Source: an uncultured Desulfobacter sp. (GTDB lineage: Bacteria; Desulfobacterota; Desulfobacteria; Desulfobacterales; Desulfobacteraceae). From it: a stretch of DNA of 64,000 nucleotides. The stretch is taken from positions 1,504,001 through 1,568,000 of the forward strand of contig OY762069.1 of NCBI GenBank assembly GCA_963665095.1, written 5' to 3'. The notes beneath the pieces are model-generated. The model searched no databases, had not been told where the DNA came from, and was given only the letters and a program-made list of their open reading frames with translations. The translations under genes and the position numbers were made by a program. Shown here in pieces: positions 52,482 through 62,980 of this stretch (position 1 is its first letter; every line of letters begins with the position of its first letter).

Positions 52482-53099
52482 ATGAAACCGATTAATCAAA
52501 AACCTATTATTCTTGCCTCTGGATCTCCACGCAGAAAAACGCTTATGAACCAGGCAGGTTTAGCATTTAAAATACATGTAGCAGACATTGACGAATCAGG
52601 CGTAGATGTGAATATGGCACCTAAAGATTACGTCAACTTATTATCCAGAATGAAAGCCCAGGCTGTTGCCGGCAGTTATCCTTACGCATGGACCATTGGC
52701 GCAGACACCATTGTAGCTGTGGATAACGCCATTTTAGGAAAACCCCGGGACCGAGACGAGGCAGTTGCCATGCTCAACCGGTTGAGCGATACAGATCACT
52801 TTGTCTATACTGCGTTCACTATTGTCCGGCCAGAGACGGACCAGATGGTTGCCAGAGTTATTGACACCCGGGTACGGTTCAAAAAACTGTCAATTGATGA
52901 GATCAACTGGTATGCTGATACCAAGGAGCCCTATGATAAAGCCGGCGGATACGGAATACAGGGTATTGGCGCTTTTATGGTCAAAGAGATATCTGGTTCT
53001 TATACAAATGTCGTGGGCCTGCCGGTGTGTGAACTGATAAATGTACTTACACAGATTGGGGCTGTAAGTTTTAAGGAAAGCCAAACCAATGAGCATTAA
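52482..53099 (+). CDS. maf: Maf-family nucleoside triphosphate pyrophosphatase
   Basis: ILASGSPRR, GADT, DKAGGYGIQG and NVVGLP motifs. Confidence 0.95.
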   Translation: MKPINQKPIILASGSPRRKTLMNQAGLAFKIHVADIDESGVDVNMAPKDYVNLLSRMKAQAVAGSYPYAWTIGADTIVAVDNAILGKPRDRDEAVAMLNRLSDTDHFVYTAFTIVRPETDQMVARVIDTRVRFKKLSIDEINWYADTKEPYDKAGGYGIQGIGAFMVKEISGSYTNVVGLPVCELINVLTQIGAVSFKESQTNEH

Positions 53100-53778
53100 A
53101 AAAAATATTGACAAGATTCGTGAATCAATCATACGTGCCGCTGAAAAAAGCAGCCGGAACCCTGACGAGGTAACCCTTGTTGCAGTGAGCAAAAGAAAGC
53201 CTGCAAAGATGATCAGGCAGGCCATTGATGACGGGCAAAAGGATTTTGGAGAAAACTATATTCAGGAGGCCATGGAAAAAATTGATGTCATTGGCAGGGA
53301 TGCGGCCACCTGGCATTTCATCGGCCACCTTCAGTCCAATAAAGCGAAATTTGCCGTAAAATACTTTGATCTGATCCACACAGTTGACTCGGTCAAGCTT
53401 GCCACAGAGATTGATAAACAGGCGGCCAAGCTTGATAAAATACAGCATATTCTGCTTCAGGTGAACATTGCCCTGGAGACTACAAAATCCGGAGCTGCGG
53501 CAGGCGAGATCAAGGACATAGTCCGTCAGGTTGATGCTCTTGAGAACTGCCATCTTGACGGCCTGATGTGTATGCCGCCTTTTTTTGATGACCCTGAAGA
53601 GGCCCGTATCTATTTTAAAAAACTCAAACAGATCAGTATGGATATTGATGAACTCGGCCTGGCCAATTCCACTATGGCACATCTGTCCATGGGTATGAGC
53701 AATGATTTTTGTGTGGCAGTGGAAGAAGGAGCCACCCTTGTTCGCGTGGGAACTGCCATTTTTGGGGAAAGACAGTGA
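53089..53778 (+). CDS. yggS: PLP homeostasis protein YggS
   Basis: LVAVSK, FGENYIQE, WHFIGHLQSNK, LSMGMSND and VRVGTAIFG motifs. Confidence 0.95.
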   Translation: MSIKKNIDKIRESIIRAAEKSSRNPDEVTLVAVSKRKPAKMIRQAIDDGQKDFGENYIQEAMEKIDVIGRDAATWHFIGHLQSNKAKFAVKYFDLIHTVDSVKLATEIDKQAAKLDKIQHILLQVNIALETTKSGAAAGEIKDIVRQVDALENCHLDGLMCMPPFFDDPEEARIYFKKLKQISMDIDELGLANSTMAHLSMGMSNDFCVAVEEGATLVRVGTAIFGERQ

Positions 53779-54311
53779 AAATTCTTCTTCATGCCTGCTG
53801 TGGACCCTGCACCATTTATCCACTTGAAACCCTGCGCAACATGGACATGGATGTTATGGGATATTTTTACCGCCATAATATTCATCCCTTTACCGAATGT
53901 ATGAGACGCGAAGAGACCTTAAGGGCTTATGCTGACCAGGCGAACTTAAAAATGGTCTGGCAAAAAGGATACGAGCTTGAAAAATTTTTACAGGCTGTCA
54001 CATTCAGGGAGCAAAACAGATGCAGGTACTGTTATCATGCCCGCCTTAAGGCTGCCGCCTTAGTGGCCAAAAAGGGAAACTTTGACGGATTCACTACCAC
54101 CCTGCTCTATTCAAAATTCCAGAACCATGATTTGATCACAGAAATCGGACAGGCTTTGGCCAGACGCAATGGACTGAAGTTCATCTACCATGATTTCCGG
54201 GAGGGATGGAAGCAGGGGATCGAAACTTCAAAGGATCTTGGCATGTACCGGCAGCAGTACTGCGGCTGCATCTACAGCGAAAAGGACAGATATTTTAAGG
54301 AATCCATGTAA
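53775..54311 (+). CDS. queH: Epoxyqueuosine reductase QueH (DUF208)
   Basis: LLHACCGPC, NIHP, RCRYCY and YRQQYCGC motifs; GTGA overlap with yggS. Confidence 0.88.
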   Translation: MKILLHACCGPCTIYPLETLRNMDMDVMGYFYRHNIHPFTECMRREETLRAYADQANLKMVWQKGYELEKFLQAVTFREQNRCRYCYHARLKAAALVAKKGNFDGFTTTLLYSKFQNHDLITEIGQALARRNGLKFIYHDFREGWKQGIETSKDLGMYRQQYCGCIYSEKDRYFKESM

Positions 54312-54314
54312 CGG

Positions 54315-56552
54315 CTAACTTCCGTTTCCGTTACCAACCTGGCTCTTTTTCATCTGGTTGTAAATAGAAACCAGCTTACGGTCTGTCTCGTTCAAACGGT
54401 CTGCAAGAACAGTGAATAGATGCCTGGCCACATCCGGATATTTTTCGATAACCTCCCCAAGTTTGTCCCCGGGAAACCGTTTAACTTTGGAGCGACCTTT
54501 TGACACAATGGAGGCAGACCGGGCCGTGCCGGTAATGGCCGCCATTTCTCCAAAATACTCTCCGGGCTGGGAAATTTCCGCAATCTTTTTCCCGCCTTTG
54601 ACCACATGGACTGAGCCCTGGACCAGTTTGAAGAAATCAATGTCTGTATTGCCTTCCCTGATAATGACATCCTTGTCCTCATATTGTTCAATGTCGGGAT
54701 TTACCAGGTAGGCAGGTAAAGATTCCTTTGTAATAACGGTTTTTCTAAGTACCTCTTCAAGGGAGGTCTCGCCCGATTTTATCTTGACAAGGCCTGCATC
54801 CCTCAAGGTTATCATACCTTCGGATACGGCTACCTTACGAAGCTGGTCTTCCGCCACCTCAGCCGAGATTGCTTTGGCAACTTCATCGGTGACTTCCATT
54901 AATTCATAGAGCCCCACCCGGCCTTTGTATCCTGTACCGTTGCAGCGGGAACAGCCTTTGGGCCCGTAAATGGTCAGATCAGGGATATCATCCTTGGAAA
55001 ACCCATGCATTTCCAGGTCTTCGGGATTATGGCCAGTGACCACCTGCTTACATTCAGGGCACAGGCGCCGCCCCAGGCGCTGGGACAAGATCATACTAAC
55101 GGATGCGGCAAGCATATAAGGCGGAATGCCGATATCCACAAGACGCCCAATGGTAGACGGGCAGTCATTGGTATGCAGGGTGGCAAAAACCAGATGGCCG
55201 GTCATGGCGGCCTTGATGGCGATTTCAGCTGTATCCATGTCCCGGATCTCACCCACCATGATAATATCGGGATCCTGGCGCAGAAAGGCTTTTAATGCGG
55301 CGGCAAAGGTCATGCCCACCTCATTTCTCACCGGCACCTGATTAATCCCCTTAAAATTAAATTCCACCGGATCTTCTGCCGTAAGAATCTTGATATCGTC
55401 CTTATTCAGGCGGTTGAGGATGGAATACAGGGTCGTGGTTTTCCCGGATCCAGTCGGGCCTGTAACCAGAAGCAGACCATAGGGCCTTGAAATACAGCGT
55501 TTAAGCATTTCAAAAGTGCCGGGTTCAAATCCGAGCCGGGTCAGGTCAATGCTTAATGCGCTCTGGTCCAGAATACGCATGACGATGCTCTCGCCAAACA
55601 AAGTAGGCAGGGTGGACACCCGGAAATCAACCGATTTCTTTTTCCCCAGGCGCAATTTGATTCGTCCGTCCTGGGGCACGCGCCGTTCAGCAATGTCAAG
55701 GGATGCCAGAATCTTTATTCTGGAAATAACGGCATTTTTGATGGTCAAAGGAAGATTCATGGCCTTGTACATGCTGCCGTCGAGACGATAACGCACCTGG
55801 AATGATTTCTCAAAGGGCTCAATATGAATATCTGATACCCCGTCATTAATTGCCTTGGTCAGGATCCCGTTCACCAGCTTGATAATAGGTGCGTCCGATG
55901 CCATGAACTCATCCGGGCCGGTATCGGTATCATGAATACCCACCTCCACTTCCTCGGCAGCTTCGGAAACAAGTGATCCAAAGTCATCCACAGAGGTAAC
56001 CGGTTGTTCATCCTCGGCATCCTCTTCGAAATGAAGAAAGTTTTTATACTCTTCATCCGAAATTTTGTAAAAATCCCGATAGGCCTGAATGATATCATTT
56101 TCAGTGGCAACAAATACCCGTATATTTTTCTTGGTTTTTTTGCCAAGCTCAGCCACCACGTCCGTATCTGTAGGTTCGGCCATGGCGACATACAGATTGT
56201 CTTCTTTGAGCCTTAAAGGGAAAACCAGAAATTTCTTGGCTGTCTCGTAAGGCAGTGCATCAATGGCGTCCTGTTCCGGCTTAATCTCGGAAAATTTGAC
56301 TACACTGTAATTGTATAGTCTGCCAAGTACGTTAACGATGGTATCCGGATCAATATAGCCTTTCTGAAGCAGGATGCTTGACAGACGTTCCCCAGTCTTT
56401 TTCTGGAAGTCCAGCGCTTCGTTAAACATGATGGAGGTGATCTGTCCTTCTTTGGACAAAATCTCACCAATTTTAATTTTACCTGCACCAGACTGATCTT
56501 TGATGGTGGATTTAAGACTGGAACCGGCTTTTTTAACTGCTCCGTTGGCCAT
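54315..56552 (-). CDS. pilB: Type IV-A pilus assembly ATPase with a C-terminal cNMP-binding domain
   Basis: SDIHIEP, GPTGSGKTTT, LRQDPDIIMVGEIRD, TGHLVFATLH and two CxxC pairs; extra C-terminal FGEM...RSA domain. Confidence 0.92.
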   Translation of the reverse strand: MANGAVKKAGSSLKSTIKDQSGAGKIKIGEILSKEGQITSIMFNEALDFQKKTGERLSSILLQKGYIDPDTIVNVLGRLYNYSVVKFSEIKPEQDAIDALPYETAKKFLVFPLRLKEDNLYVAMAEPTDTDVVAELGKKTKKNIRVFVATENDIIQAYRDFYKISDEEYKNFLHFEEDAEDEQPVTSVDDFGSLVSEAAEEVEVGIHDTDTGPDEFMASDAPIIKLVNGILTKAINDGVSDIHIEPFEKSFQVRYRLDGSMYKAMNLPLTIKNAVISRIKILASLDIAERRVPQDGRIKLRLGKKKSVDFRVSTLPTLFGESIVMRILDQSALSIDLTRLGFEPGTFEMLKRCISRPYGLLLVTGPTGSGKTTTLYSILNRLNKDDIKILTAEDPVEFNFKGINQVPVRNEVGMTFAAALKAFLRQDPDIIMVGEIRDMDTAEIAIKAAMTGHLVFATLHTNDCPSTIGRLVDIGIPPYMLAASVSMILSQRLGRRLCPECKQVVTGHNPEDLEMHGFSKDDIPDLTIYGPKGCSRCNGTGYKGRVGLYELMEVTDEVAKAISAEVAEDQLRKVAVSEGMITLRDAGLVKIKSGETSLEEVLRKTVITKESLPAYLVNPDIEQYEDKDVIIREGNTDIDFFKLVQGSVHVVKGGKKIAEISQPGEYFGEMAAITGTARSASIVSKGRSKVKRFPGDKLGEVIEKYPDVARHLFTVLADRLNETDRKLVSIYNQMKKSQVGNGNGS

Positions 56553-56569
56553 AGATGATCCTGAGACGC

Positions 56570-56785
56570 TTACGACTTTTTATAGTTTTTAAATACTCTG
56601 ATAAAACCGGCCCAAACCAGAAGAAATCCTAAGAAATAAAAACAGAATTTTACTATTCCGATTTTATTTTTAAAGAACTCAATGGTTTCAACCTGGGGGA
56701 TTACCTGGGGTACTCTTATAAAAAAAGCAATACCCACAGCAATCAAAACAATGCCATAATAAAATGATAAGGGTTGTTTGTCCAT
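56570..56785 (-). CDS. Small membrane protein (two predicted TM helices)
   Basis: Two hydrophobic segments; tightly packed between the ABC-F gene and pilB. Confidence 0.6.
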   Translation of the reverse strand: MDKQPLSFYYGIVLIAVGIAFFIRVPQVIPQVETIEFFKNKIGIVKFCFYFLGFLLVWAGFIRVFKNYKKS

Positions 56786-56786
56786 C

Positions 56787-58631
56787 TTAATTCACACTTT
56801 CAAGTTTGGATAGTTCCCGGTCAAATTTCTTTATAATTTTTTCTGCCTTTTCTGAAAATTCCTCAAGAGAAACAAAGAGATTTTCAATTTCGTTTTCAAG
56901 CCCGACATAAATTTTTGACAAGCCGGCAATCTTTAATCCATCCTGCTTTTCCGACGCTTCAAGCAGTTCCTGGTTCACGATTGCCATCTTCTTCTCTTTT
57001 TTTTCAATTTCGTTTTCAAGCTGTGCAATTTTTTTGTTTAATGGTGTCAGCTGTTTAGATTTTTCAGCAACAAGTTCTGACTTTTTTTTACGAAGGAGCT
57101 TCTTGGGAATGCCGGCTCCTTTATTCTTTTTGACCGGAGCCGTCTCTTCATCTTCCCATCCCTGCTTGTCCAGGAATTCCTGATAAGTACCTTCAAATAT
57201 CTCAATACCACTGGAAGTGAATACCACCAGACGGTTTACCAGCGCATGAAGAAACATCTCATTATGGGTGACAAGCACCACAGCCCCTTCAAAGGCATTC
57301 AAAGCTTCCACAAACGCATCACTGGACTCAATGTCAAGGTGGTTGGATGGCTCGTCAAGCAGCAGAAGATTTAATGGCCGTATTAAAAGCTTTCCCAGCA
57401 TCACCCGGGCTTTTTCACCGCCTGACAGGACGCTGATCTTTTTTAGTGCCGCATCCTGCTCGAACATCATGGCACCACAGATATTTCTGGCCTTTTGGCG
57501 CTCCATTTCAGGATAGGTAAGCAAAATTTCATCTTCCACAGTAAATTCAGGATTCAACGTCTGTACATTTGTCTGTTCAAAGTACCCCACTTCAACACCG
57601 GGATTGGGTTTAACCCAGCCGGAATCAGACGCCATCTGCTGGCTTAAAAGCTTGAGAAGCGTGGTTTTGCCCTTACCATTTTTCCCGATAATACCGATCC
57701 GGTCCTGGGGATAAACAGTCAAAGAAAAATCTTTAATCAGAGAAGAGTCTTTGTCATAGCCGAAACAAAGTTCATTTGCCGTGAGGACCTGCTTACCGGA
57801 AACGGGCAGGTAGTTAAAGGCGAATTCCAGATTTTTGACTTCAGCCAGTTTGTCTTTGGATTCAAGTTTGGATAACGTTTTTATCCTGGACTGAACCATG
57901 TTGGCCAGCCGGGCCTTGGCCCGAAACCGTGAAATAAACAGCTCTATCTCTTTCTTGCGCTTTTCCTCATTAACCCTGGTTTTTTCATAAATCTCCTCAT
58001 CCTGGGCCACCTGAAGATAGTATTTGGAGGTATCTCCCTGGATTTTTTTCATTTTCCTTCTGTGAATCCCCACGATATGGGTGACCACATTATCCATAAA
58101 CCCCCGGTCATGGGTTACCAGCAGCATCTCTCTGGGCCAGGCAACCAGAAATCCTGTGATCCAGCGAATGGAGGTGATATCCAGATAGTTGGTGGGCTCA
58201 TCAAGAATCAGAAGATCCGGCTCAGACACCAGGACTTTGGCCAGATTCAGGCGGACCTGGTAGCCCCCTGAAAACTGCAAGGGATCTTTCTGCATGGCCT
58301 GCTGTGAAAATCCAAGGCCTGCCAGAATTTTTTCCGCTTTCCAGAAATGATCCCGTTCGTGCTCCGGTAATCCAAGCATGGCCTCGTCCAGAACCGTTTT
58401 TTTTTCAAAATTGATATGCTGGGACAAAATACCGATCCGGTAACCGGCAGGTATGCTGATTCGGCCGTCATCCGGGTGATCCAGGCCTGCAATCATATTG
58501 AGCAGTGTGGTTTTTCCATGGCCGTTTCTTCCCACAAGCCCCACCCGTTCGCCCGAATTGATCTGCATCCCTGTATCTTCAAGCAAAACCTGATCTGCGA
58601 ATCCCTTGGAAATGGATTCTATATTCAGCAT
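56787..58631 (-). CDS. ABC-F family ATPase
   Basis: Two nucleotide-binding domains (GRNGHGKTT, GKNGKGKTT; LDEPTN, LDEPSN), no TM segments, C-terminal coiled coil. Confidence 0.92.
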   Translation of the reverse strand: MLNIESISKGFADQVLLEDTGMQINSGERVGLVGRNGHGKTTLLNMIAGLDHPDDGRISIPAGYRIGILSQHINFEKKTVLDEAMLGLPEHERDHFWKAEKILAGLGFSQQAMQKDPLQFSGGYQVRLNLAKVLVSEPDLLILDEPTNYLDITSIRWITGFLVAWPREMLLVTHDRGFMDNVVTHIVGIHRRKMKKIQGDTSKYYLQVAQDEEIYEKTRVNEEKRKKEIELFISRFRAKARLANMVQSRIKTLSKLESKDKLAEVKNLEFAFNYLPVSGKQVLTANELCFGYDKDSSLIKDFSLTVYPQDRIGIIGKNGKGKTTLLKLLSQQMASDSGWVKPNPGVEVGYFEQTNVQTLNPEFTVEDEILLTYPEMERQKARNICGAMMFEQDAALKKISVLSGGEKARVMLGKLLIRPLNLLLLDEPSNHLDIESSDAFVEALNAFEGAVVLVTHNEMFLHALVNRLVVFTSSGIEIFEGTYQEFLDKQGWEDEETAPVKKNKGAGIPKKLLRKKKSELVAEKSKQLTPLNKKIAQLENEIEKKEKKMAIVNQELLEASEKQDGLKIAGLSKIYVGLENEIENLFVSLEEFSEKAEKIIKKFDRELSKLESVN

Positions 58632-58773
58632 TCACTCCTCCTGTTCACCGACTGTGCTGAAAGGTTACCCCAATACCATAAAACCTGGCGTTTTAAGAAT
58701 CCGAATCATAGCACCGGCTTAATGATTTATAAATACCAGATTTTATTTAACTTGATTTTTGGCGGAAACTAAT

Positions 58774-58787
58774 AGTAAACGTTTACT
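58774..58787. promoter_or_regulatory. Perfect 14-bp palindrome upstream of ppdK
   Basis: AGTAAACGTTTACT. Confidence 0.4.
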
Positions 58788-58903
58788 TTTGACAGGTTGC
58801 TGCCGCCCCAGTGAATTGTACCAGGCAGCATTCCCAGGCTCAATACAGCCAACTCACGAATTAACAATTATTATTTATAATTAACTTATAGCTGGTGATA
58901 AAT

Positions 58904-61615
58904 ATGACCCAATACATTTATGAATTCGGCCCAGATAAAACCGACGGAGATGCCGGTCAGAAAAACCTTTTAGGCGGGAAAGGCGCCAACCTTGCTGAAA
59001 TGGCAAAACTGGGCCTGCCTGTGCCCCCGGGATTTACCATATCAACGGAATGCTGCAACCACTACTTTGATTTGAACGGGCAATTTCCCGACACCCTGGA
59101 AGCGGACATATTTAATTCCATGGCCAATATTGAGGCTCAGACAGGTATGGTATTTGGTGATCCGGATAATCCGCTGCTGGTTTCCTGCAGATCAGGGGCC
59201 AGATCTTCTATGCCCGGCATGATGGAGACCATATTAAATGTCGGTCTTTGCTCAGCTACCATTCCCGGACTGATAACAAAAACCGGAAATGAATGGTTTG
59301 TCTATGATGCCTACCGCCGGCTGATCATGATGTATTCAGATGTGGTTATGGAAAAAGCCGAGCAGATCAAGCCGAAAGATGGCATGGGTATACGCCTCAA
59401 TCTTGAAATGATGATGAACAATCTGAAAAACGACAAGGGCTATGACCATGATACGGATATTTCCATTGAGGATTTAAAAGCGTTGTGCGAACGGTTTAAG
59501 AAAAAAATCAGGGAGGATCTTGAGAAAGACTTTCCCGATGATCCCAAAGAACAGCTCATGGGATCCATAGGCGCAGTTTTCAAAAGCTGGAACGGCAAAC
59601 GTGCCGTTTCCTACCGGCGCATTGAGCACATTCCCGACAACTGGGGAACAGCGGTGAATGTTCAAACCATGGTTTTCGGTAATATGGGAAACACGTCCGC
59701 CACTGGTGTTGCCTTTTCCCGTGATCCAGCCACCGGAGATAATAAATTTTACGGAGAGTGGCTGGTCAACGCCCAGGGTGAGGATGTGGTCGCCGGCATC
59801 CGGACGCCCAACCCATTGAACAACGATACCAAAAACAACCAGAATGGACATTTGTCTTCCCTGGAAGAGGCCATGCCGGAACTGTATGCCCAGCTCCTTG
59901 ACATCAGAAACCGGCTTGAAGCGCATTACAGGGATATGCAGGACATTGAGTTTACCATCCAGGAGGGCCGGCTTTATATGCTTCAGTGCCGGGTGGGCAA
60001 ACGTACGGCCACGGCTGCCTTGAATATGGCCATGGATATGTTTGAACAGGGCATGATCGATGAAAAAACCATGATATGCCGCATGGATCCAAAAATTCTG
60101 GATGATATGCTTCATCCGGTCGTGGACCCGGATGCGGAAAAAACGGCTGTTCGGGTGGCGGAAGGTCTGCCTGCAGGCCCTGGCGGGGCCTATGGCCAGA
60201 TTGTCTTCACGGCTGAAGATGCGGTGCAATGGGCTAAGGCAGACAAAAAGGTCATTCTTGTGCGAGAAGAGACCAATCCTGAAGATATCGAGGGTATGCG
60301 GGCCGCCTCTGCCATTCTTACTGCCCGTGGCGGCATGACCTCCCATGCGGCACTGGTGGCCAGGGGCTGGGGCAAGTGCTGTATTGTCGGGGCCGGTGCC
60401 CTTAAAATTGATTTTCAGACAAAAGAGCTTAAGGTGGGCACCCGGGCATTTAAAGAGGGAGACTATTTCACCCTGAACGGCACCAAAGGCATTGTCTATG
60501 ACGGGCAGATTAAAATGAAAGATGCCACTGAAAATTCGCGGTTTAAAAAATTTATGGAAATTGCGGACAAATACCGGACCATGCAGGTACGCACCAATGC
60601 AGATACACCGGCTGACGCACAGACCGCTCTGGATTTCGGTGCCCAGGGCATCGGTCTTTTCAGAACAGAGCATATGTTCTACGGTGCTGATTCTGACAAG
60701 CCCCTGTTTCTTTTACGGAAAATGATCCTGAGTAAGACCCATGAAGAGCGGCAGATCGCACTTGCAGAGCTGTTCCCCTTTGTCAGGGATGAAATCAAGG
60801 CCACCCTTGAGGTAATGGACGGTCTTCCGGTAACCATCCGTCTTCTGGACCCGCCCCTGCACGAATTTGTTCCCCAGTCACAGGAAAACCAGCAGGAAAT
60901 TGCGGATGCCTTAGGTATTGACATTGAAGAGGTGTTCAAACGCAGTGAACAGCTTCTGGAATCCAATCCCATGATCGGCCATAGAGGCGTCAGGCTCGGG
61001 ATTACCTACCCTGAGATATCGCACATGCAGGTAAAAGCGGTTTTTGAAGCCTGTGCCCAGTTGATCCAGCAAGGCAAAACACCCATGCCTGAAATTATGG
61101 TGCCGGTGACCTGCAATGAAAAAGAGCTGGCCTTTGTAAAAAACATTGTGACTCAATGTCATGAAAAGGCTCTGGCTGATTTTCATATAGACGCCCTGCC
61201 CTATCTTTTCGGCACCATGATCGAAATTCCCCGTGCAGCGCTCATTGCAGATAAAATGGCTGAATATGCCCAGTTTTTTTCATTTGGTACCAATGACCTC
61301 ACCCAGATGACCTTTGGCTTTTCCAGGGATGACATCGGCTCATTCATGAATGATTACATAGACAACGCCATTCTTAGCTTTGATCCCTTTGAAACGCTGG
61401 ATCAGGAAGCCGTGGGCAGTCTGATTACCACTGCTGTGGCAGGTGGGCGCAAAACCCGGCCGGAGATTAAGCTGGGCATCTGCGGGGAGCATGGCGGTGA
61501 TCCCGAATCCGTTGTTTTCTGTCATAAGGCAGGACTCACCTATGTCTCCTGTTCTCCCTATCGGGTGCCCATTGCCCGGTTAGCCGCTGCCCAGGCAGCA
61601 ATCATGTTCCCCTGA
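58904..61615 (+). CDS. ppdK: Pyruvate, phosphate dikinase
   Basis: LLGGKGANL, RGGMTSHAA (phospho-His), GLFRTEHM, GTNDLTQ and GICGEHGG motifs. Confidence 0.97.
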   Translation: MTQYIYEFGPDKTDGDAGQKNLLGGKGANLAEMAKLGLPVPPGFTISTECCNHYFDLNGQFPDTLEADIFNSMANIEAQTGMVFGDPDNPLLVSCRSGARSSMPGMMETILNVGLCSATIPGLITKTGNEWFVYDAYRRLIMMYSDVVMEKAEQIKPKDGMGIRLNLEMMMNNLKNDKGYDHDTDISIEDLKALCERFKKKIREDLEKDFPDDPKEQLMGSIGAVFKSWNGKRAVSYRRIEHIPDNWGTAVNVQTMVFGNMGNTSATGVAFSRDPATGDNKFYGEWLVNAQGEDVVAGIRTPNPLNNDTKNNQNGHLSSLEEAMPELYAQLLDIRNRLEAHYRDMQDIEFTIQEGRLYMLQCRVGKRTATAALNMAMDMFEQGMIDEKTMICRMDPKILDDMLHPVVDPDAEKTAVRVAEGLPAGPGGAYGQIVFTAEDAVQWAKADKKVILVREETNPEDIEGMRAASAILTARGGMTSHAALVARGWGKCCIVGAGALKIDFQTKELKVGTRAFKEGDYFTLNGTKGIVYDGQIKMKDATENSRFKKFMEIADKYRTMQVRTNADTPADAQTALDFGAQGIGLFRTEHMFYGADSDKPLFLLRKMILSKTHEERQIALAELFPFVRDEIKATLEVMDGLPVTIRLLDPPLHEFVPQSQENQQEIADALGIDIEEVFKRSEQLLESNPMIGHRGVRLGITYPEISHMQVKAVFEACAQLIQQGKTPMPEIMVPVTCNEKELAFVKNIVTQCHEKALADFHIDALPYLFGTMIEIPRAALIADKMAEYAQFFSFGTNDLTQMTFGFSRDDIGSFMNDYIDNAILSFDPFETLDQEAVGSLITTAVAGGRKTRPEIKLGICGEHGGDPESVVFCHKAGLTYVSCSPYRVPIARLAAAQAAIMFP

Positions 61616-61649
61616 AAGTCGATATTTCCAATCCTGTCTCTGTAGCAAG

Positions 61650-61682
61650 AAAAGCCTGGTTCCGTCATGGAACCAGGCTTTT
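61650..61682. terminator. Bidirectional rho-independent terminator
   Basis: AAAAGCCTGGTTCC-GTCAT-GGAACCAGGCTTTT between convergent genes. Confidence 0.85.
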
Positions 61683-61731
61683 AAATAATTATCTGAAGGG
61701 CTATATAAGGGGGGCAGGCACTAAATATTTT

Positions 61732-62172
61732 TCAGTCCAGATCAATCCAGTAACGGGTCCATGGACATCGTTCCTTGTAAGGAAACCGTATCAACTCCGT
61801 GGCAAGGATTTGAAAATCGTGTTTCCGGATGGTGTAATAGGACACGACCTGTTTCCCCTTTAACGTTTTCAGTCCCACCGCTATGTACAGGGTGTGATAT
61901 TTGCCTGCGACGTCACATTTGACGGTCCCTGTAAGAATAATGATATCTGATTCCCGGTTAACACTGAAAAGATTCACCATTGTGATGGAAAAATCCTTTC
62001 CGCTAAAATGATTTTCTGCATCTGTCCGGGTCAATTCACATTGAATGAAATTTTTAAAACCAGCCTGGTATTCATAAAAGTCATCACCCGTTGCCGGGCC
62101 GGTTTGAACCAGAACAAACAACACAACTATAAAAACAAATCTGAACACCTTATGTATTTTATCCTTTTGCAT
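61732..62172 (-). CDS. Exported hypothetical protein
   Basis: N-terminal signal-like hydrophobic stretch; overlaps the upstream ORF. Confidence 0.6.
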   Translation of the reverse strand: MQKDKIHKVFRFVFIVVLFVLVQTGPATGDDFYEYQAGFKNFIQCELTRTDAENHFSGKDFSITMVNLFSVNRESDIIILTGTVKCDVAGKYHTLYIAVGLKTLKGKQVVSYYTIRKHDFQILATELIRFPYKERCPWTRYWIDLD

Positions 62173-62980
62173 TCTGGAAAGTATTTTCTTTTTCAGGCCT
62201 GGCCAATGTATGTATGGTCTGACTGAGACGGTCCAGGGCCACAGGGGTAACAGTCACAGTATCAGCCTTGGAAAATCTGGACTGGTATTTTTCCATCCTT
62301 TTTTTATTGTTATACCCGGTTTCCACCAGAATAGGGATTTTATGATCAAGTTTGAGCAGTTTATCAATAAATGCTTCCGACCCCATACCGGGGATATTGT
62401 AATTGACAATAACCATGCGGAACTTGTCAGGCTGGTTGATAAAAGCGGACAGCGCTGTTTCAGGATCACTGGATATTGTACCGGTATACCCCATGCGTTG
62501 AATCACTGTATCAATCAGATGACTGCGTATTGTATTTTGATCCAGCACCAGAATATTGCGACTGCTCGGAATAACTGGAGCAGGGTCCTGTGATATCTCG
62601 CGCTCGCTAAACATTCGGCTGCCCGTCATGGTCCATTTCTGAGGATTAAAAGGATGAACATTTATCACGTCGGTTTGAAATACCGTTGAGGAAATAAAAG
62701 TATCATTTTCGTTGTCGGCGACCTTGACAATAAAACATTTATCCCGGGCGATATACTGTCTGAGCCATTTACGGTATTCAGGATGCTCACCGGTAAGCAC
62801 CAGCATCTTTAATCCGGAGTGGGACCGAACCTGAAGGGAGTGGTAAACCATGGGATTTCTGGCATCATCATCCTGGCTTTCCATATAATTTTCTTCGACA
62901 AATTCCACCATGAAATCTCTGGCCTGACAGGGCCAGGCAGTTAAAATAAAATAAAAAATCAGGATAAGGTAACGTATCAT
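62159..62980 (-). CDS. Signal-peptide protein with a degenerate receiver domain
   Basis: MIRYLIL...CQA signal; ILVLDQN...VIVNYNIPGM...ETGY receiver-like C-terminus. Confidence 0.6.
   Translation of the reverse strand: MIRYLILIFYFILTAWPCQARDFMVEFVEENYMESQDDDARNPMVYHSLQVRSHSGLKMLVLTGEHPEYRKWLRQYIARDKCFIVKVADNENDTFISSTVFQTDVINVHPFNPQKWTMTGSRMFSEREISQDPAPVIPSSRNILVLDQNTIRSHLIDTVIQRMGYTGTISSDPETALSAFINQPDKFRMVIVNYNIPGMGSEAFIDKLLKLDHKIPILVETGYNNKKRMEKYQSRFSKADTVTVTPVALDRLSQTIHTLARPEKENTFQNAKG

Noticed and set aside
59474..60673. 399-aa antisense ORF, and similar shadow ORFs over ileS, lon, yggS and acnA
   Set aside because: Fully overlap well-supported genes on the opposite strand; codon-bias shadows
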